A stretch of 64,000 bases of DNA from Phoronis australis (Eukaryota > Animalia > Phoronida): contig NMRA01000007.1 in the NCBI GenBank assembly GCA_002633005.1, positions 1,130,362-1,194,361 of the forward strand, written 5' to 3'. A model generated the notes under the pieces. That model worked only from the letters and a program-made list of their open reading frames with translations. It was not told the DNA's origin and ran no database searches. The position numbers and the translations under genes were made by a program. Position 1 is the stretch's first letter. Every line of letters starts with the position of its first letter. Shown piece by piece: positions 25,037-40,000 of the stretch.

Positions 25037-28000
25037 CTAAAAGAGTAACGGTAAAAACTGATTACTAGCTGTAGCTGGTAATACTGGAAGGATCAGGGGG
25101 GATGGCGACGGAGGCAAATGCCCAATGATTTGCACGGCCCCAAGTAACGTATGGTACCATTCACGATTACCACCATTTTCATGACCGTACGCTTTACCCG
25201 ACGTACCTCTAACTCTGAAAGCATGCAAAATGGCAAACTTTTATTATTGTGTACATGTTAAACTGCGAGTGTGCTTCAAAGATAGTTTTTCTGTCAGATG
25301 TCAGTTTTATATTTCAGTGCCTTAAATCATGTTTCCTGGCTAACTGATTTTCTTATGTTGGAACAAATAAACACTTTTTTGGGGATGTTGTGTAAATCAG
25401 AATTTAGCATTTTGGCGCATAAACACAAAAAATTACACCATAAATTTTTTGTGTTTCATTAGTCTCACATAAGTAAGCCAGTTTCAAGATCATGATGACT
25501 GCTGCATATATCTCTAAGTTGTTGGGATTTCCAAATGACATGTTCAGAAGAAGCACAGTCAAACATTTAATTAATAACCAAATTGTATACAACTTCATAT
25601 TCTTCACATGTCTTGAGAGAATGAGGAGTGCACATCGAAACATGTCAGGAATATGAAGTTGTATACAATTTGGTAATTTACTAAATGTTGTTGAGATTGA
25701 GAAACAAGTTTAATTGATGTAAACAATATACGACAATATTTTTTTAAAAAATTAAATCAAAATTGCCATTTGAATAAGTCACACATAATGTCTTCTCTTG
25801 GGTTTACCCAGACGACACTGTGAAATCTGATGTCGTCACCCATTATTAAACACCAAACTATCAAACACTCAATGAATGCAGCAAAAACCAATTAGCAGTA
25901 GAGCTACAGCATCTAACAAACGTTGTCATAACATGACAAGGAGATAACTACAATAAGTTCAAACCACGAAACACTCATTCCTGGCAATTTCTAGAGAAAA
26001 AAAAGTGCCGATGAGAACTGTGAACACCTTGAGTCATCTTACCTTTCCATTACTAGTAGCACACATCAATGCCCTGGTGGGAAAGCTACAATCTATACCC
26101 AGCCGATGTAGTAGTAATGCGGCGCTCTCTTTTGGTTTATACTGTATAGACTTGTCACTGTCCTTATTCTGCATAGTCCTAAGATTGAGTAAATGAACCT
26201 CACATGGGAGGTCAGAGGTCAACCCTGTAAACACTGGGAGTAGTCCATTGATGGCAGCACCAGGCTGGCTTTGGGGTAGCACATGTATTTTATTGACTAG
26301 CTGAAGCGAGAGAGTGTGTGCCAGCAAAGACGGATAACCAGCTGGCTGAGATGGAGATGGCTGAAACATAAATATATCACATAAAATAAGATAAGCCCAC
26401 CACAAGCCGAAATAATATAACTCCTGTTTCTAACAGACCCTTGTTTTTGTTTGACATTCACTAAAACTGTTCATACTAATAAGCATTACAAACGGCAAAA
26501 GCTTTTTAATAATGGCTCCGGAAGTAGGCCCACAGCCCTATATTTGAATAATTGTCTGAATATAGGCAAATGTGCAATTATTTGAGGGGAGTGGATGCCG
26601 AAATTCTCGGTCAGCACTCAGGATAGGATTCTCAGTCACTAAGGAAGTTGGGGTGTAGCACTGTCCTTCGCTGAGTAAAATTGAGCAAAAGGGTCACATT
26701 TTATGACACGTCAGTTTGAATTGATATTATTGCAGCCCCTAGAAACACTGTAATGAAGAATAGTTTCTGGCTTACCTAGCACAAAATCACCTTCATTTTA
26801 AATGACTTATGAGTGCTCCTTTGCTATGTTTCATCGAAGACAGAAATGCACAAACACATAGAATCAGTTAATAACAAGTTATGGACAGTTCATGCAAACC
26901 ATTGCTCACTTTTGCTGAACGCAACTTGTTCTCCAGCAGTAGTCTAAACTGATTCGGGGTCCTCTTGTTATCCTTAACACCCTGCCCAACCCCCCTCTGG
27001 TCATCCTGGGCCAGAGTCCTGTCCATCATCACTTCCAACCAACCTAAATCAAAACAGAAAACAAATATCAGTGCAAACACAACTCGAATCAAAAGAGATA
27101 AGAAATTACAGCTGTAATAATTCTCCGTCTTCATTCCACGAGCAAACATCAAAGCAATAGCTAAATTCCATGGACAGCCTCAAGATCGTGTCTAGCTGGC
27201 CGACAGTTCCTGAGAGTCAATTGTTTCACTTCATAATAATTTCGAGTCATATAGTTTAAGAAGTAGTCACAATGCAGTGTGTGTTGTAAGCTACATAATT
27301 ATTTATATAGTAACAAAAGTTACCTACTTCATAATACATGTTGATAGCGACACATTTCATCATGGCAATGAATCCAACTGTATGTGTGATTTACAGACAC
27401 TTTAGAAGCTGGCTTCCAAATACAATCCCGCACTGGAGCTAGAGATTCATCCAATATAGTGAACTTAATCCAATTTAAACATAAAATATTTACCATGTTG
27501 CCATGTCTTTTAGGCTCATGGGCATATCTCCGAGATAATGCCTTTTTTGTATCCCTTTTTTACTCAAGTTGTTTGCATACTGCCCTATGTGCCGAAGTTT
27601 CACATATGAGTGCATATAATGTGCCCGGCATAGGCCCAAGCATTAAGTCGCATATGGGCGCACCTGTTTTAACTACTGCTGTGCCTTCTAATGACAATTT
27701 TTACGCTTACTTCTGAATCTTTGGAGGTCCTCGGCATATTTTCAAGAAATTTTGGTAAACAGTTTTGTATTACCATATTGCTGTGCCTCTTTTGTTACCA
27801 TATTGCCATGGGTCTATATTGGAAATAATGCCCTTTTGCGGCCTTTTTTACCCAACTGGTTCGCGTACTGCCACAGACATCTAAGTTTTGCAAAGAAGTG
27901 CAGTTTCGCAAAGACGCCCAAGGGCTTAATGGCAAGGTAATACAGCACCACCATGAGGTTATTGGCTACTTAAACTAATAAGCACTAGAGGAAAACAAAA

Positions 28001-31000
28001 AATATTTCCCAAAATACTTCAAAACTCACCTGGCTGGAGGGAAGAGACTCCTAGCGACTGTCGAGTAAGAACACTGAATCGGCGCGAGTTGTCTTGGATA
28101 AAGGCCATAGATGGCATTGGATAATAGTTGGCCTGGAGAGGGAGTTTGGAAAGAGTTCGCCTTCGTTGGATCTGAAATCGAAGACGTCAGTGGTGTTACA
28201 AGAGTAGAAGTTTTCCAACTAGCAGAATGAGTTGAGGTGGGAAGTTTTAGTTGGATACTATAGATCACAAATACACTTCTTGGCTGGATTAAGCTCTAAA
28301 TGGTGAGTTCCTTGAGTTTGGCGACATCATGTAAGATCACGCGAGTAAAAAGTTATGCTTAGCAACTTTACAAGCTTGTACTAACACAATGACTGCCACT
28401 GAAGCAATTGGTCGACTAGCTGGAAATTTTGTTAATGGGAAAAATTGCAAGTGAATTCATTATTTTCCATAAATAAGCCAATATTTATCGCAGTAAGGGT
28501 CTCGCAAGTGCCAAGCGTCTGATTAAAGTTAAGTGCTGAGTGAGCAAAATGAACAGCGTGAAAAAAATCGTTATTTTTCAGTCCTCTTGATTAAAACACA
28601 CAGGAAAATACACCATAGTCTCAAACTGAAAAGATTTGCCATCACTCACAGCTTGTGATTGTTTTTTCCATCATTTTAGAATTGTCTTAGTAATGCTTTC
28701 TGTTGTTTTTTTATCTCGGATTGCCATTACTACACCTATTCAAGGCTTTGCATTGATCCAAATTTTGATTAATAATATGTATAACACAGGTAGACACAAA
28801 GACTTTTCTCTGAAGGCTTTTTTAAAGGGGTAAACCTTGATAACACACTGCAGACAAGAGAAAACAGGTTCACACTTATGTTGTACATCAATTCACACTG
28901 AAACATCCCCAGTAACTGTCAAAAAGTTAGCAGAACTTTCATACGATGTACTGATAGTTCTTTGTCTGCTTTCTTTCTGGCCTTTTGCCATAGTTTTTTT
29001 TTTCAAAACTACCAAACCTCAGCAAAGTTTGGCAACTGTTTTGAAAACTACAGTTACAGTACAAGACAAAATCAATCGGGCAACATACTGTTTACCAGAC
29101 ATGACAGCCAATTCCGTGAACAGCAAAAATGACTGTTAATAACAGTACTATTAAGACAGCAAAATTCCAATCACAAAATAGTGTAGCCACCTTACTAACC
29201 TTCCTGATATACAGTACATTGTATATCAGGGAAGTTTTACGCAAATAAAAATATTGCAGTCGGAAAATTTACTTGACAAGATGGCAACTCACCTGGAAAC
29301 CATTGAGATCGGTAAAGAACTCATCTTTATTCTCAATGTCTGTTTTGATCCTCATGGCAAGTTCAAAGTTCGATTTCGATCTGATGTCAACAATGTTGAA
29401 AATCTCCAACGTCAAAGAGTCGACACCTTAAACAAGGTATACAAAAGACCAGGTGATCACTTGGTTAGAAGAACAGTATAACAATGGCTAGAGTATAATT
29501 ACTTTCTAAGCTTTTTATTCACTTATTATAGCTACGCACAGTATAATCTTAGTGAACCTCCCAATAACTCTGCATGATTGTTCAAATTCAGACAAAAATA
29601 ATTACCAAAATTGCATTTTTTTTCCATTTTACAAACGCTGATAACATGTCTAAAATGCTTGGAATTTTGCCACATGTTATTTGGTGACAGCTGCCCAATA
29701 AAAATGTGCTAAAATGAATTAAAACCTGTTTCCTAATATACCCCTTTCACACCACATTCACTACTAACAGTAATCTTTCACACCAGTCATCTTTCACACC
29801 AGTCACTATCTTTCACACCACAGCCACTTACTTTCCCCCACTCAAGTTAAGACCGAGCATCAGGAGACAGAGGCAGTCGGAACAATTTTCTATATTCTGA
29901 CAGCAAAAACTGTATTCACACTAGAGTATCACAAGTGAGTCTGCAACGCAAACCCTTATTTCCTGGACAGGAGTGAGACTATACCTGTTGTCTTTGGAAG
30001 ACGGACAACATGCTCAACATTTGGAACGAATACGTTGACTTCGGCCAACAGGGGACCATCTATTACGCGGATGAACGGTGACAATATAGGATGAACCTAA
30101 AATGAAAGTTTTACAATAATCTTTCGATTCATTCCTTGCAGACAGATAACATCACAGAAAAATAAGATGGCAGATGGATGGATTTTTGAAACTGGTCTAA
30201 GAACTAATTCAGCAACCAAGTCACGTGATTTCTCTTCACTGTGGTAAAATCACACAAATTTAGCATCCAATATGGTAGACATATTAAATAATTCATTATT
30301 TGTAAGTTCTGTGCCATCAGACAATATTTTAAGAAATATTCTGAACAGCCTCAGAAAAATGAAAAAAGATCCAAGTTACTAGTCAATTATTTTGAATTTG
30401 AAATTGGTGAGAATTTACAGAAATCTACATTCTTTTGCCTGACTACACTTTTTGGGTTACCTTGGCCTCTCCGTTTGGCAGAAAGAGATATGCACCACTT
30501 CGGTCTTTCCCACCGCGAGTGCCGTACGTTACAAACTCCACCTCAACTTTAGACTTGATACCATCCTTGGTGATAGCCTAATGCAAGATAAGAACAACTC
30601 TAAATGCTACCAAAATCTCATATCAAGAAATTCTGAAACTTAATGGCAGATTCCTCCACTTCAGGCCAATGCTGATAAAACACTGAAGTAAAAATAATGC
30701 ACTTATTTACCTCACTGTAAGGCTATTGGCCCAACAAAAATCATAGTAATTTGCAGTAACTTCGGGTGACACCTTTTACATTCTTTATGCAGTAAACATA
30801 TATCAAGTGCCATCAAATTACTGTATCAAAATTCATAACTTAAAAGTTACATCGAGTGCAGTTTAGTTAATACGGCTATTACCTTGGTACACAATAGTCA
30901 CAGATGAATGTTTTCATTGATATTATTTTCCACTATTCTGTCACAACAAATGAGTCATGAAATAGGACTAGTTAACATTCTTGTTTTTTTACAGTTATGC

Positions 31001-34000
31001 TACGGTCGGAATAGAGCTCATAGGTATAATTTTTAACTTCAATCTTATTTAATCTTACTTTTCTAGCACACTTGGTGCTCACCATAACTTAAAGGTCTTC
31101 GAATTTTTAATTTTGCAACATATCAAGACAGAAAAAATGAACGTTATGGATTGTGTTCTTTGACATTGATCATGAATGTGATCTGAAGGAGAAACATTGG
31201 GAACATTCAAAATTTCAATAAATAATACGACAGCAAGGCAGAGCATTGAAATGCACCCACAACAGCACAGCAAATGGTGTACTTCTTAGCATCATAAAAT
31301 GGCCATTACGTAGGCAGTGCCAAATATGCCAGACCTGTCCGAATTGGGTAGGTAGCGTTGTCTCTCCAACACAACTATTTGCCAAGTTTCATGAAAGTGA
31401 GCCAAGGTACTTCAAAGATTAAGAGGCAGACATAATAAAACAAGAGAAAGCAACGCGTTGAAATACTCTTTAAGGGGTTTTTATTTGTATCATAAAAATG
31501 GCCACCAGATGGCACAGAAAACACTGAACCCATCCAAAAATGGAAAGGTGTCGTCATCTCTTAAAATTATTTGCCAAATTTCATGTTTCATGAAAATACA
31601 TGAAATGGCATCGTCGTCTCCTTAATAAAAATCTATTTGCTGATTCATGGAAATCCAACAAGGAACTACAAAGATACACGAGGCAAACTAAATTCCTATA
31701 AGAAGGAACAGCAGTATTCGGATTAGTCTGAAACTCGTAATCTGTCGTCAACTTCATAGAAATGCAACTGCCAAATTTCACTAAGATCCTGCAAAGGTTT
31801 AGGGGATACAGCAGCAGATGCTGGACGATGGACGTCCAGATAGAGATGGACGTCCAGATAGAGATGATGACAACATGCACCCACATATAAAAATGTGGGC
31901 GCATAAAAAATACTTCAGGGCCGTTTGCTTAATAAAAACAGAATTTATGAAAAAACACAAAATTATAGTCTTTAAATCTACAGACATCAATAAACTTACA
32001 CTCAGAAGGCCATTCGCCGATGAAAACTCGGCCTTGATTTCACTGTTTTCAATATTGTAGTCCTCGGAATGTCTTCGCTTGATTTTGAAGTTGCCTCTGT
32101 AATATATCAACACATGGTTTGTTAAGGAATTATGGAACTCCTTCCAAGAAAGCTGATATAGGCCATCTCATTTGCCTCAGTCTGCAGAGGCAAGTTGCTT
32201 TACTACAACACTGATAAGGTTTGTACCACGCAAGCGTAAAGATGAGTTTTATTATCAAAGTTCTCATCAATTCTTTTTCTTTAATTACAATGCCAACCCG
32301 CAACGTATCATGAGCTCTGGGGTTCGTTTCATAAAAAATGACTTGAAACTTAAGGGCCACAATGAGTCCAATCTACTTATTTTCTGCCTATTTCACATTT
32401 TCTGCCTTGTCTTACTTTTGATGGAAAATAATTCCATGCATCCAAATATAAAAATCCAATAGGTTATTGGTGAACTTGTGAAATGTAAACAACCAGTGTT
32501 TTGTTTCTTTAGATGAAAACACCTCTCCATAACACAGTTGACTTGTGCACAAACATCATGTGACTAAGCAACAGTCAGGGTCAGAATGTCACAATTACGT
32601 GTCTATGCTTCAATTGTGACCTATTTATAGAGCTTGTTCAGGCAAACTTATAATGGTATTGCAATAGTGGTTTTGTGAAGAAATGGAGCGATGTTAGCAA
32701 GGCAGCTGAAAATATTCATTGAAATAAATGGAATGCATTGATAACTTTTAAGTCGAAAAGTTTTACTTAGGTTCCCACTTCGCAATTACTGAATAACACA
32801 TCACAGTTTAGAAATAACACATCACAGTTTAGAAATGATTTAAGAACAACATTATCTAAACAACTAATAATGATGCATATATTTTCAGAGACTTCAGTTT
32901 GTACTTTTACTGAGGTGACGTGAAATTTCTTTCACAAATAATTGTGTGGCGTATAACACGAAATTTGTATTTTGAGTCACTTTTCGAGGAAACGGATTCC
33001 AGAAGACCATGAATTTAAGATATGATGACAAAGTGCCTACTGTACCTGGTCTCTGATTCTGAACTCAAGCTGTTGTACATGGTTATAGTTGAGTACGAAT
33101 TTTTGGAGTTTTCAGCATTTTCTTGTATTGAATATCGAACAATTCCAACAGCTGGCAAACTGGCGACAAAATGAACCTGTCAAAAGTAAACAACACTCAT
33201 TATAAACAGAGAACTCAGCTGCCCAAAATGAAGATTTCAAAATTCTAAGAAATGTTTCCACTTTTTCTATTAAAGCCAATGTCTTTAGCAGCATATAGAA
33301 TACAGAAACAAAATTCATATGACAAGAGTGAAAATGTTCAAATGTGTTGCAACTAGGATAATAACAGTAAAAAATCCAAATATTTTAAGAAAAAAACAGT
33401 CACATAACTATAGACACCCAGGCCCTATTCTCAGGTACAAAGTAACACTGCTGCAATTATAAAGGATCTGACAAATATGTTATTTCACCAGTTGATGGTC
33501 AGTATTTAAAAAGACGGAAGAAATGAGACCCTTACAATCAAAGATACATAGTTAATATCTTAAATGTTATTAATTGTCATTATTATTATATAACAATTCA
33601 CAGTCTGCCGTACTCAGTTTTGCCAAGGGCACTGCCCAATCTATGCAGAAAACAGTGATAATACATTACCACTACCATTACCTGTGAATATGAGAGCGCC
33701 AGTTCACACTGCATGGTTTCTGGACAAATGTTTACCTTTCCACATGAATGTGTGTTAGATATGGGTGTCTTTGTTCAGGTTACGCTGAACAGTCACTGCA
33801 GCACTTGATGTTAGCCACATGTGTCTACCTTCAGTGCGCGGGTCTAATGACACTAATAAGTTACATGTAATAATCATTCTGACCTGCTTCTAATTTATCA
33901 CCTTACATTAATTTGGTGCATTTTTCACTTTTTATGAGACACTATGGTGTGAGCTGTTTCGTGATATTTGTGTTTGCAGTTTCACCGATGGATGACGGAC

Positions 34001-37000
34001 GGATACACATACTCCATGTAACTTCAATACACAGTCATTTTCCTTAATTCAGCGCCACTTGTGTTTTCCTCAACTCATAATTTATGCTGTAGACATTCAC
34101 TTTAAACGAGATAAGGATCGATTTGTAGTTATCTTTTGAATTTCTCCAAGGTCATGTAGTCAGCTGGACCCACTCTATCCCCATTCCAGTCTCAATAGGG
34201 GGCTAGTCACCAATAGAGTGACTCTATGCACTAGGCCACATACATCATATCTAAACAGAATGCGCGAAAGCCTCCAGGCCGTGCTTTTTGGGACATGGGA
34301 ACAGATGGAAACCATAAAATCTGAAGAGATATGTTAAAATATACAATGTGGGTTTTTGAATTTTGAAAATTGGTGAAATAATTGCTATTTTGTCAACAAA
34401 AACCCAAGCCTTGGGCTACTCATTGGAAAGTAGTTCCGGGTATGGCATATAATATAATTATACTATGGGCTATTCAATGGAAAGTAGTTCCGGGTATGGC
34501 TTATAATCTAATTATACTATGGGATATTCATTGGAAAGTAGTTCTGGGTATGGCTTATAATCTAATTATACTGTGGGCAATTCACTGGAAAGTAGTTCCC
34601 AGTATGGCTTATAAATAAATTATACTGTGGGCTATTCATTGGAAAGTGGTTCCCAGTATGGCTTATAATCTAATTATACTATGGGCTATTCACTGGAAAG
34701 TAGTTCCCAGTATGGCTTATAATCTAATTATACTATGGGTTATTCATTGTAAAGTAGTTTCCAGTATGGCCTATGATCTAATTATACTGCAACACTAACT
34801 CACAATAGATCTGGGCCTGGAAGACTGTGAATAAGACCCTGTTGTGATAAGATAGATGCAGCATAATGGACAGGTTCAAGGCATACACACACTACTACAT
34901 TATATTCAATGTGTCTCACTGCAACATGTATGGCTCAACTTCTTCTATTCTCAATGTAATTATTTGTCCATTCATTCCTTGTATTTATCCATTCATTCGT
35001 ACCTTGTATTTGATCATTCATTCATACCTTGTACTTGTCTATTCCTTAATACCTTATACTTGTCTATTCCTTCATACCTCGTATTTATATATTTATTTGT
35101 ATCTTGTATTTATCTGTTCCTTCATACCTTTTATTAATCCATTCATACCTTGCATTATTCCTTCCTACCTTGTACTTGCCCGGATCGTGTGCCTCATTTG
35201 TCTCCCAGAATATGTCCGTCTGTGTAATAACCGTTTTGCCCTCGTGATCTTTGACCTCTACGCTGGGCGACGACACATAGAGACGAACCAGTTCTTGTCG
35301 CTGCTGGCCCAGTGAATTGTACAACACAAAGTGCCTACACAAAGAAAAGCGTGAAGTTTAGACACAATTCATAGTTCAACAATATTCATGACCCCGTTTC
35401 ACCTGTCAGCCATTTTCGTTAAAGCACATTTTGCTCAGTAATCATCAGTATGGAATTTCATTTAATTATAACTATTTACATTACACTTAATCAACATGGC
35501 GAATATAACATACTACACAAACATGCAAAAATACAAGAACATATTTGATAAAAATATGTTCTTTCTGCTCATATCCCATCTATGCAGAAATACAGTAAAA
35601 CTCACGGAAGTTGGACATGCATAAGTCACATTTTTGCTCAACTTGGACAAAGCTCAGAGCAACAGTTATTCTAGTTCACATACTTGGGCTTTCACACAAG
35701 TCGGATTTTGACCTCAGATGAAATCTCAGTCCAGTTGGATCCGACTTACGCGAAAGTCATCTTATCACAAGCAGGGAGATTTAATAACCATTTTGCATCT
35801 GATAAGATAACCTGAACTACTATGTATAACCAAACTGAAGAGCATCTTTGGACAAATTTGATGCAACTAGTTGCCCAAAAGAATAAGATTAGGAAACACA
35901 TATAGTAGCAATTTGATTTTGTCAGAATAACTGTAACAGAGAACATTTGTCATTCAAGACATGTATGAGTGCCTGGAATAGGTTAAATCTCTGTACGATA
36001 TTTATTATGCAAGTAAAGAAAAAATGGTGTTAAGTTTTCTGAACGCCACATGAACAATTTGAAAAGATGTTTGAAAAGTTATGCCTGTATTTAAAAACAA
36101 CTTGCTCCTTGATTTTTGTAAGGAAATCTCATGTTGAGAGGAGAAATTTTGTAAGGGGCACTGGAAAATCAGAATCAGAAAAAAATGCTGAAAATTATTT
36201 TTCAACAAGGAAATCAGTTAACTACTTTTTCGTACTGAGAGGTGACGATTTCCAGTCGTCAATGCATATAACAATTGTGGTTCTCTTGAAAGAATAGCTG
36301 TCGGATGGAGGAACTGCATTTGAATGAGTCAAAGGTTCTATGCTTTTCTGTTTCTGATACTTAAGATTTCTTACTCATGGCAAAAGATTTGTCAGTCAAA
36401 CATTTTCTTACAAATCACTTGCTCAGTTGCCTTCCCACCAATACGTAAATAACAACACATCACCATAGAGGCCTCCTTGCATGAATTCACACAACGAAAA
36501 AGTGAAAATAACATACGTTGGTTCCTTGGACACCTTTATGACTGTTCTTTCAGGCAATGAGTCGTGGAGAGCCCGTGTTTCATCCTGTGGAAGAAATGGG
36601 TTGAAAACACTTCCGTTACACTGCAAGCGCACAGAATCGGCAAGCCTATTAAAAATCCTTCAGTTTGGGACACAGTATGGCAGACAGGCAAAATTTTATT
36701 TTGTCAACTCTCTAAACAAAAATAACTTTTCAGGATTCTTCAATTCTTTTAGCATGGTTTGTGTGGCATAGCTATTAGCAATTGAAATTGCATTTGGTAA
36801 AATTTTGAGCATTTACAACAATGTAGCAAGCCTTTGAACAATAGGCTGAAGTAAGACAATTTTGAACAACAGAAGTAAAGCAATTTTGAACAATAGAAGT
36901 AAGGCAATTTTGAGCAATAGAAGCAAAGCAATTTTGAACAAAAGAAGTAAGGAAATTTTGAACAATAGAAGGCAATTTTGAACAATAGAAGCAAGACAAT

Positions 37001-40000
37001 TTTGAACAATACAAGTAAGGCAATTTTGAACAATAGAAGGCAATTTTGAACAATAGAAGTAAGGCACTTTTAGCAATTCCTTTTGCCCCAAATTGAAGAA
37101 TTTTTACCAAAGCTAGAACTTTCAACTTTCTGACCGCTATTTTTCAGTCTGCTCTGGAAGGTTACTAATGGTTACAGAATTTTGTGACAAACTGCAACAA
37201 AAAGGTCAATGCCATTGCTTTGAGACCTTCTACAGGCCCACTGTCACAAGGGATGATTTATTTTAACCGCCCCCGCTCGGCCAGCCTACCTCCCTGCTTG
37301 AAGAAATTCGGAGGTATATGTAATGTTTTTGTTAACTATGCAATTGTAATGGCAGCTTCCAGAGTGCTCTCCGTCATTTTTCATAGTGACCACAAGATTT
37401 TTCGTCTAAACCTATGAGGTCACGTGACCGTTGGCTGTTATTTCACGTATAGCCCATAAGCGGCGTTCCCGCTGGTTGCCCACTATTAACATATACTGAA
37501 TTAGACATCATTTAAACATTTGATATCCAAAACACTGACTTGCCTTAACCACTTACCACGTTGAAGAATAATGTGTCATCAATTTTGTAAGAGGTTTTCT
37601 TAGCTTGGTCTTCATGGAGAAGGAAGTACACTGCTTTAGAAATAAGCTGCTTCATATCGTTAATCGCGCCGAGCATTCTGTAAAAATATGATACTGCAAT
37701 CCTTACACTATATAGAATTTTCAGTCTACGTCATACAGTTGGTTTTCAAATAGAAACTGTAACAACAGCTTCGATTTGGGGCGCGTTCATAAACACAAAG
37801 ACACTCGTAGCAAGATATTTTTTGCTTATGTAACGGAATCTGTGAATTTTCTGCCATAATGCCACATTCCAGTCTTGACGACTGACCTTTTCAAAGGCAA
37901 CAATTTTGTTAATCTATTCTAGTAAGGACTCGAGCTTGCCAGCAAAACAATTGTCTTTCAATCGTGCAATCACAGGATTTTGCATGGACTTGCAAGATCT
38001 CACCAGTCTCACGAGAAAAAAGTTCTATGGAAAGCACCCTTCGTTTTAAGTGGAGTTTGCACACTTAAATTTGTGGTTATTTAGCCAAACAAGAGCAATT
38101 TTTACACCCCAAATCACCAACCAGCGTCCAGTGAAACATTTTACATAATTTTGGAGAACACCAAGTTACATGTTCACGTGGAAAGGGCATCTGTTTGTTG
38201 ATGCTTTTGTTTCCACATTTACAAATAGTCAACAAGTTCAACCACAAATTGGTGAGCATAGAATATACGGGATCAAAATAAACATACAACGTGACTGGGT
38301 GACTTGTTATTAGTTCTGTATAAGGCTGACTACACGTTTTTCAATTATAGCATGAAATTTAAAAATCAGCGCAACTACATAAATGTTCATGTTCAATGTT
38401 CCATTTTAATCCCTAAAACATTATCAAGACAATTAAGCAATGTACCTCAAAAGTTTTCAGCACTAAAACTAATTGAACAAACTGAACAAACAAAGAGTAC
38501 ACTCAAACACAGTAAACTACCATAGATTCAAGGCAACAGAGCTCTGCTGCTGATTGAGTGAATGTGCAGCTTTGTTAGCCTGAATGGCCGAAGACTTTAA
38601 TACAGGGCTTACCTCTGTAATGTTCTCTATCAATAACATCTACTGAATTGACCTATCGCAAGCTCCGCCCTTTTGCAAAAAGTTGACACACAAACAATAA
38701 GTTTTACTGGACAATATGTTGTTTGTCCTGTAAAGTGGCTTGGAAACGAAGGTGTGTCAAGAATGCTGTGTTCTGATTGGTCAGTTAAGTTGTCACTCAA
38801 AATCCTGGTGATAGGCCAACTGGCAACATGCTTGTGAGACTGACAATGGCTGAAAACACTGCTATTCTCACTCAGAGTTATTATGTTCTGCTAATCTAAC
38901 ACCTAATCTACGCGTGAGACCAATGTAGAATTCAGGACAGTCATTACAACTAATTCTATAAACCACACTACTCTTCAGTAACCCATGAAGTTGTGCTGAT
39001 TTTAAAATTTCTTTCTATGATTTGGCCAAAAAAATTCAATTACATCGATGAACACGACTTCCAGGTCGTTCCATTAATTCAATTCAAGAAAAACATACAA
39101 GTCAGCCACATACCTCCTACCATAGTCTACCACTACAGGGTCCTTGGCTGTGCCAGTGATAGCATCGTGGTGTTGGTTCAGACCAAGCTGTCGACGGGCG
39201 TTCACTAGCCACTGCATGAGTTTTTCCTGGGGGAACTGTGACGAGGAGACACGACGGGCATGGGCAGCAGCCAATGTGAAGGCCATCTCAGCCGACCTAA
39301 TATGTAGAATAACAAAATGCACCAAATGCATTAACGGGGGAGGTGCTACATTGCCCAACCCTCGACATTGAATCCTTCTAACTAGTTGGGATTTGAGTAA
39401 TCTGTTACCGCAGCTCCTGTACTTTTATGATTGTCCTCTTGTTTGAAATAAGGATGCCAGTGATAGCATTGCGTATGGTGAAACTAAAAATTTTCCACGT
39501 GGTACAGGACATTCTTGAAATTTGAATACATCACTAAAAGTTGAGGCTTTTTGGTCTTCGACTGAGAAAAATCACTTAATTTATTTACAACAGAATGAAC
39601 GAGAAACCCATGCATTGTGACCACTGCTCCTTTGTTGAGTAGTCCCATTCTTCCCTCTTTAAACTTGCTGAGTCATAACAATAGGCTGCCTAGTCAAGTG
39701 TACTTGACCCCATAAAAGAATGCTGGTCTGACAGATCTTTACTCCCTCCAAAGAAACCAGTCAGTTTTGAACAGAAAGGGACCTAAAGAACTATGATTAT
39801 GAAGATTAGGATGAATGACGAGGATTTATGCACTAAAAGTATGAAAACAACCCAGAAGCAATGCAGGTCATTGTTCACTGTTTGAGTCCCCTCAAATTGA
39901 AGTTTTATAAAAAATTTCAAGAATTCCCACTGATTTTCCAACTATTCGTGTCGAGTTGATCTAGCTGTAGAAAAGCATATGCACTGGTTGAATTGTAATC

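Noticed and set aside
25207-25230. Possible 8-nt micro-exon (tttcag|AGTTAGAG|gtacgt) near a TGCATG in the last intron
   Set aside because: It would introduce an immediate stop and such motifs arise by chance; no support without RNA data.
29975-29990. U12-type introns (donors gtatag, gtatat, gtacct)
   Set aside because: None matches the GTATCCTT U12 consensus; they are weak U2 donors.
34413-34788. CRISPR-like array or repeat protein
   Set aside because: Head-to-tail 54-bp units without unique spacers in a eukaryotic intron; a plain minisatellite. The same applies to 36825-37075 and 49950-50628.
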